Shown here: in pieces, positions 59,535 to 64,000 of the stretch | Layout of the letters: each line of letters starts with the position of its first letter | Position numbering within the stretch: the first letter of the stretch is position 1 | NCBI GenBank assembly: GCA_011364925.1 | Contig: RDOA01000011.1 | Span: 1 to 64,000, forward strand | Reading direction: 5' to 3' | DNA from: Promethearchaeota archaeon | GTDB lineage: Archaea > Asgardarchaeota > Lokiarchaeia > Sigyniarchaeales > SOKP01 | Length of the DNA stretch: 64,000 nt | Notes under the pieces: model-generated | Seen by the model: only the letters and a program-made list of their open reading frames with translations | The model's database searches: none | Told to the model about the DNA's origin: nothing | Translations under genes and position numbers: made by a program

Positions 59535-60298
59535 GCTCCTTTTTCTCCTCCTTTGTATTGTTCCTGTATATCTATATACTTCTTTTTAAGAGCTTCGAGT
59601 TGAATTTCATGAATTTTATTAAGAGCTTCTTTAGCTAAAACTAAACATTCACTAAACTCCTTGATATCCATAGTACCATCGAATTGAAGTAATGACAATT
59701 CCTCGTTGAACCATGTAATGGCACAGGGAAGATCTGCTTCACCAGCTTTATCCTCTATTCCGGATAAATCAGTGATGAGTTCTCCATCGATTTTTCCCAT
59801 AGCTACAGCACTTACTAAACTTCTCATAGGGATGCCTGCATCTGCAAGTGCTAAAGCTGCAACTGTAGTAGAAGCACATCTAGTTCCTCCATCTGCATCC
59901 ATCACATTAATAAACACTTCAAAGGATGTACCGGGGTAAAGTTCTAGGAATAAAACTGGATCTAAACAGTCAGTTACAACCATAGATATTTCTTTTTCCC
60001 TACGACCTGGAGCTGGACGTTTTCTTTCAAACACAGAAAAAGTCGCCATTCTATAAAAAACCCTTAGAATACCTTTATCAGGTTTTGCTAAGTGGTGTGG
60101 ATGAACTTCTCTAGGACCGTATACAGCAGCGTATATCTTATTATTACCCCATTCTAAATACGCTGAACCATCAGCGTTTTCTAATACTCCTACTTCCATT
60201 TTTATTGGTCTTAATTCGTGTTTATCTCGACCATCAAGTCTTTTCCCGTCTTCGCGAAATAACTTTTCTGGATACTCGTCTTTAATAATTAATGGCAT
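59531..60298 (-). CDS. rrp41: Exosome subunit Rrp41
   Basis: RLDGR..ELRP, ADGSA, YGPRE, DGGTRCA. Confidence 0.96.
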   Translation of the reverse strand: MPLIIKDEYPEKLFREDGKRLDGRDKHELRPIKMEVGVLENADGSAYLEWGNNKIYAAVYGPREVHPHHLAKPDKGILRVFYRMATFSVFERKRPAPGRREKEISMVVTDCLDPVLFLELYPGTSFEVFINVMDADGGTRCASTTVAALALADAGIPMRSLVSAVAMGKIDGELITDLSGIEDKAGEADLPCAITWFNEELSLLQFDGTMDIKEFSECLVLAKEALNKIHEIQLEALKKKYIDIQEQYKGGEKGA

Positions 60299-61108
60299 TT
60301 AATTTATACCTCTTATCTTTTTTTCATTTTCAATATATACAGACATTCGGTCTGTTAAACCAACAGTATGAGCTTCTCGTTCAATTTTTTTAATAGCATC
60401 AATTAGCAATCTCTCGTGAGCAATATCGCCTCCTTTTAACCATATTCGACCATTCTGAGTCACAAAGATATTGCAATTAGTCAAATTCTTTAACATTTTA
60501 ATCATAGATCCACTACGTCCAATTACTCTTGGTATTTTGGGAGGATCAATTGAGATGACCAATCCATCTCGCCTTTTACCTAAATATTTGCCTACTGTAG
60601 TTAATTCTGGTGCGTTTAGCCTGTCTGCTGATAATACCTTAACGATTAATATATCTCCAACCTCATATTTCTCGGTTGAGTCATCTTGATGATTTGGTGC
60701 TCCACCTCTAAAACCTCTAGGTTTTCCTCTTTTAACGGTGTTCTTTGGTTTCAAAATTCCTTCCTCTTTCGCGTTTATATCACAAATATATTTGACTGGA
60801 TTTTTATCAAGAACTAATGCTATTATTTTATCTCCCGGTCTGGGTGTATAAAACCCCCTTAGCGGAATAACATTTATATAATTTTTTTTAACTTGTTTTA
60901 ATCCAATATTTAAAGAAATTATTTTTGTTCTCTCGCTATTAAAAATAGTCCCTCTTCCAGGGAGGAAATTTTCAGTATCTTCTGTTAAAATTTCACCGGG
61001 GACTACAAGATCCCGAGTTGTTTCATCATCGTCAAATTCATCGATTTCCTCATCTTCGTTATCTTCAGTAGTAGGTTCTTCAGTAGAATCATCTTGGTCA
61101 TTTTCCAT
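60299..61108 (-). CDS. rrp4: Exosome RNA-binding subunit Rrp4
   Basis: VVPGE, S1 domain, KH domain PRVIGRSGSM, NGRIW, EAHTVGLTDR. Confidence 0.95.
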   Translation of the reverse strand: MENDQDDSTEEPTTEDNEDEEIDEFDDDETTRDLVVPGEILTEDTENFLPGRGTIFNSERTKIISLNIGLKQVKKNYINVIPLRGFYTPRPGDKIIALVLDKNPVKYICDINAKEEGILKPKNTVKRGKPRGFRGGAPNHQDDSTEKYEVGDILIVKVLSADRLNAPELTTVGKYLGKRRDGLVISIDPPKIPRVIGRSGSMIKMLKNLTNCNIFVTQNGRIWLKGGDIAHERLLIDAIKKIEREAHTVGLTDRMSVYIENEKKIRGIN

Positions 61109-61199
61109 TTATTTTCACTCTCATATTGTAATTAATGTATACACTTAACCATATTTGTAAAAAAATATCATCAATAAAAACTAGCTAAATGTTTTCTGA

Positions 61200-61991
61200 T
61201 TAGGATTTCATAAGCTTTGTTTGAACTCTTCCATGAGTTAACTTATTCAATTTATCTATTAATTCCATTTGTAAACCAGCAGGTAAAGTTACAACTGATA
61301 CCCATGATCCGTCTGATTGCCACTCCTCTTTTTTAATCTGAGCTAATTGCGCTACAATATTGTATCCCTTTGCCGTAAAGTCCGAAGGAATTTTTAGCGC
61401 AAGTTCAATTTGTTCCATCCTAATAGGTATGATGGCACGTATTTGTTTAACAACATCCTCTACTTGTTCTTCTGCATTCCTCATTAAGTCAATTTTAACT
61501 TTTGCTTCTTCGATAGCTTTTTCTATTCTCTGATAGGGGTGTGGTTTATTGTTTTGAGGATTAATCGCATTTTTTGTAATAATTGTAATAATCTGCTTCA
61601 ACTTTTTCTCTTTTTCTTCTTCTCTTTGCGTTCGAGTCCATTGAATCTCTCCATCTAATAAAATATAACTTGCGATAATTCTTCCTTCATTCGTATTAAA
61701 AACAGCTTCCATATCACCGTCAGTAGCTTTCTTCCCTCTTCTCAAATCCTCAAAAACGATAAAGCTTTCAAAAATTAGTTCTAATGAGATTTGAGGAATT
61801 TTTAAAAGTTCATTAACAGAAATACGAGATTTTTCTTTTCCTTCTGCAAGACGTTTATTGATTTCTTCGCGAATGATCTTTTTAGCTTCCCATGCTTTAT
61901 CTGGCGCGAGTAACATCTCGAACGTTCGACCTTCTTTTTCTATCCGTCCAATGATGAAACCGCCCAAATCTATCCTTGCTCTGTCTATCAT
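61200..61991 (-). CDS. Ribosome maturation factor SBDS/Sdo1
   Basis: FE..PD, GEIQ.T..QR, INPQ..PHP..RIE.A, EEWQSDGSW. Confidence 0.93.
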   Translation of the reverse strand: MIDRARIDLGGFIIGRIEKEGRTFEMLLAPDKAWEAKKIIREEINKRLAEGKEKSRISVNELLKIPQISLELIFESFIVFEDLRRGKKATDGDMEAVFNTNEGRIIASYILLDGEIQWTRTQREEEKEKKLKQIITIITKNAINPQNNKPHPYQRIEKAIEEAKVKIDLMRNAEEQVEDVVKQIRAIIPIRMEQIELALKIPSDFTAKGYNIVAQLAQIKKEEWQSDGSWVSVVTLPAGLQMELIDKLNKLTHGRVQTKLMKS

Positions 61992-62106
61992 CGTAATTCT
62001 CTCTAACTAGTGGATAAAATTATCGCGTTTCTCTTCGTATTTTGCCTTCTATTATAAGATAAACGTTAAAGGGGTTTAACCTTGATTTCTAAAAATGTCT
62101 GGATGA

Positions 62107-62823
62107 TTATATTTTAGCAAGTAATTCTTCTTTTTCTTGATCATTTAACAATTTAAATTTCGCATCGTCTTTCATAATGAATGCTACATCGCATGTATCT
62201 TTACTTAAATTCTCTCCCATTAGTTCCTTTAGAGTCCTTAACGGCAATAACTTTAATTCTTCATCACTAATATCTTCTTTATAATTTTCTTCAAGGAAGG
62301 TTCTTGCTTCAGTCGCTCCAGACCCAATAGCAAAAGCTTTATATCCCCACATAGCTCCACTTGGATCTGTTAGATACAAGGAAGCCTTTCCATTGGTATC
62401 GACTCCAGCTATAAGGAAGCTAACCCCAAAGGGACGCACCCCCGCATTCTGAGTAAAAAGTTGTAGATATTCACAAATATTAAGTGTGCTATCTTTAACA
62501 GATATTTTTTCATCATAATTCAAAATATTAACTTGTGCTTGGACGCGAGCTCTATCAACTAGGACTCTTGCGTCTGCTGTTAAACCGGCAATAGCCACAC
62601 CTATGTGATCGTCAACTTTAAAAATTTTCTCAGAACCAACCACTTCTTGGAGTTCTGAACTTTTTTTCTCTACAGTAAATACAACAGATTTATTATTTCT
62701 ACATACAATAGCCGTTGTTCCTCTCCTCACGGCTTCTATGGCATATTCAACCTGAAAAAGACGACCCTCAGGGGAAAACTGAGTTATCGCCATATCATAG
62801 CCTCTTCCTGCTTGCTGGAACAT
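62107..62823 (-). CDS. psmA: Proteasome alpha subunit
   Basis: GYDMAITQFSPEGRLFQVEYA, GLTADAR, RPFGVS, TDPSG. Confidence 0.97.
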   Translation of the reverse strand: MFQQAGRGYDMAITQFSPEGRLFQVEYAIEAVRRGTTAIVCRNNKSVVFTVEKKSSELQEVVGSEKIFKVDDHIGVAIAGLTADARVLVDRARVQAQVNILNYDEKISVKDSTLNICEYLQLFTQNAGVRPFGVSFLIAGVDTNGKASLYLTDPSGAMWGYKAFAIGSGATEARTFLEENYKEDISDEELKLLPLRTLKELMGENLSKDTCDVAFIMKDDAKFKLLNDQEKEELLAKI

Positions 62824-63001
62824 AATTCTCTCCTAATAGAATTTTTAATTTATTTTTATTACATATATTTTTTTACTTTTTTAATAAACAAATAATCAAT
62901 AAAATTTATATTTTGTCTAAATAAACTATAACCTTTCTTGTAAGTGTTAACGGATTAAAGTACAAAAATAATTGAGAGAAAATTGGGTTAAATCGATTAA
63001 T

Positions 63002-63385
63002 TTACGCCCACGCAACCTTATTAATAAAAATAGACCATTCGAGTACAATTAAACCTTCATCTCTAGTGTGAGCTATTAGATAAACTCCTTCTTTCGTAAT
63101 CGAACCAACAATATTTCCCTTACCACCAACTATATTCTTAGCAGCTAATTGTATTTCATCGTTTTTCAATATAGCATATCTAGAATTTTGAAACATCAAA
63201 GCAGATTCTTTTTCCTTCCATGCTTTTAGAATTGCTTTAGCTTCTTCGTTTGAGAACTCAAAATCTTCGGATTTAAAGAGTATGTTACCTTCAGAATCTA
63301 ATGCAAATATTTCTTCCATCCCTTCAAATTCATGTAATTCATTAACTAAATAATCAAAACGTCGTTGTTCCATGGCTTGTATCAT
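63002..63385 (-). CDS. Profilin-like protein
   Basis: About 125 aa; IFALDSEGNIL, EEAKAI, FQNSRYAILKN..QLAAKNIVGGKGNI pattern resembling Asgard profilins (from memory). Confidence 0.65.
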   Translation of the reverse strand: MIQAMEQRRFDYLVNELHEFEGMEEIFALDSEGNILFKSEDFEFSNEEAKAILKAWKEKESALMFQNSRYAILKNDEIQLAAKNIVGGKGNIVGSITKEGVYLIAHTRDEGLIVLEWSIFINKVAWA

Positions 63386-63542
63386 AAACTTCTTATGGTT
63401 TTATTTAGAGGATTATAAAATTACAACAATTTAAATTTATTTAGAACGAAATAAGCGAAATATTTGATTTGATTTGAAAAACGAGAAATTTTAGATTAAA
63501 GAAATTATTATAAAAGTTATACATTAACTCCTATAATATTGA

Positions 63543-64000
63543 ATGTTCATGGTGAAAAGCTTAGTTCTCTCTGATAAAATCTACAATGGCTTTATAAAAA
63601 GAAATAAAGATGATATTTCGGTTAGATATCTCAAATACTTAAACGAAATGACCCAGAGTTTTTCTAATACAAAGATCAAAATAAAAAAATTACGCCAATT
63701 TGATAATCGTTTTGAGATTCTAATCTCTGGTCCAGAAGAAATCTTCATCTTTAATATGCTCAAGAAAAAAGTAGGAACTATTATTGATTTTGATGAAATT
63801 GAGATTGGAAAAGTATATAAAGGAGTTATGGGAGATGTAGGGAAGGTAGGGTTCGGAATCTTCGTAGATTGTGGTATTCTAAATCCAAAAGTCGATGTAT
63901 TACTCAATCTTTACGATTTACGCACCCAGTTATGTAAAGCCAGACCTATGTCAATAACGGAAGTAATAAATGCATACGATTTTATCGATCAATTTCCTGT
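63543..64000 (+). CDS. DUF2110-family archaeal protein, 3'-truncated by the window edge
   Basis: Open frame MFMVKSLVLSDKIY…GKVYKGVMGDVGKVGFGIFVDCG runs off the end; absent from the ORF track. Confidence 0.75.
   Translation, partial: MFMVKSLVLSDKIYNGFIKRNKDDISVRYLKYLNEMTQSFSNTKIKIKKLRQFDNRFEILISGPEEIFIFNMLKKKVGTIIDFDEIEIGKVYKGVMGDVGKVGFGIFVDCGILNPKVDVLLNLYDLRTQLCKARPMSITEVINAYDFIDQFP

Noticed and set aside
62065-62080. GTTAAA-GGGG-TTTAAC hairpin between psmA and the SBDS gene
   Set aside because: Only 6 bp and AT-rich; expected by chance.
63581-63907. 108-aa minus-strand ORF in the track
   Set aside because: Shadow of the plus-strand DUF2110-like gene that runs off the window end.
1-64000. 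Selenocysteine/pyrrolysine recoding, tRNA/rRNA, CRISPR arrays, IS elements
   Set aside because: No gene appears split at an in-frame TGA/TAG. Intergenic regions are short and AT-rich, with no cloverleaf, periodic repeat, terminal inverted repeat or transposase seen. This was by eye, so small sRNAs could be missed.

Overview
This is an AT-rich, gene-dense core-genome segment of an archaeon, most likely an Asgard archaeon (Lokiarchaeia/Promethearchaeia). The call rests on archaeal informational genes (GatDE, aIF5A, SRP54, FEN1, Nob1, Cdc48, the exosome/proteasome superoperon, KEOPS subunits) occurring with eukaryotic-signature-type proteins (profilin-like, roadblock, Vps29-like). About 57 CDS were annotated; no tRNA, rRNA, CRISPR array or mobile element was seen. 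Highlights: (1) a minus-strand cluster of YoaC-like FGGY kinase, SCP2, a YoaD-like dehydrogenase::class II aldolase fusion and a HAL2/MET22-like phosphatase, plus a second aldolase and a TIM-barrel isomerase, possibly an undescribed sugar or SAM-by-product pathway; (2) an orphan glycyl radical enzyme with an atypical GCVG Cys loop; (3) two genes whose conserved N-termini require non-canonical ATA/ATT starts; (4) an orphan AbiEii-like nucleotidyltransferase next to a 4-Cys glutaredoxin; (5) a two-anchor, heavily N-glycosylated surface protein with an internal repeat; (6) a CAAX protease-Vps29-like-roadblock triplet; (7) a profilin-like gene heading the proteasome/exosome operon. All family assignments are from motif recognition and memory; no searches were run.
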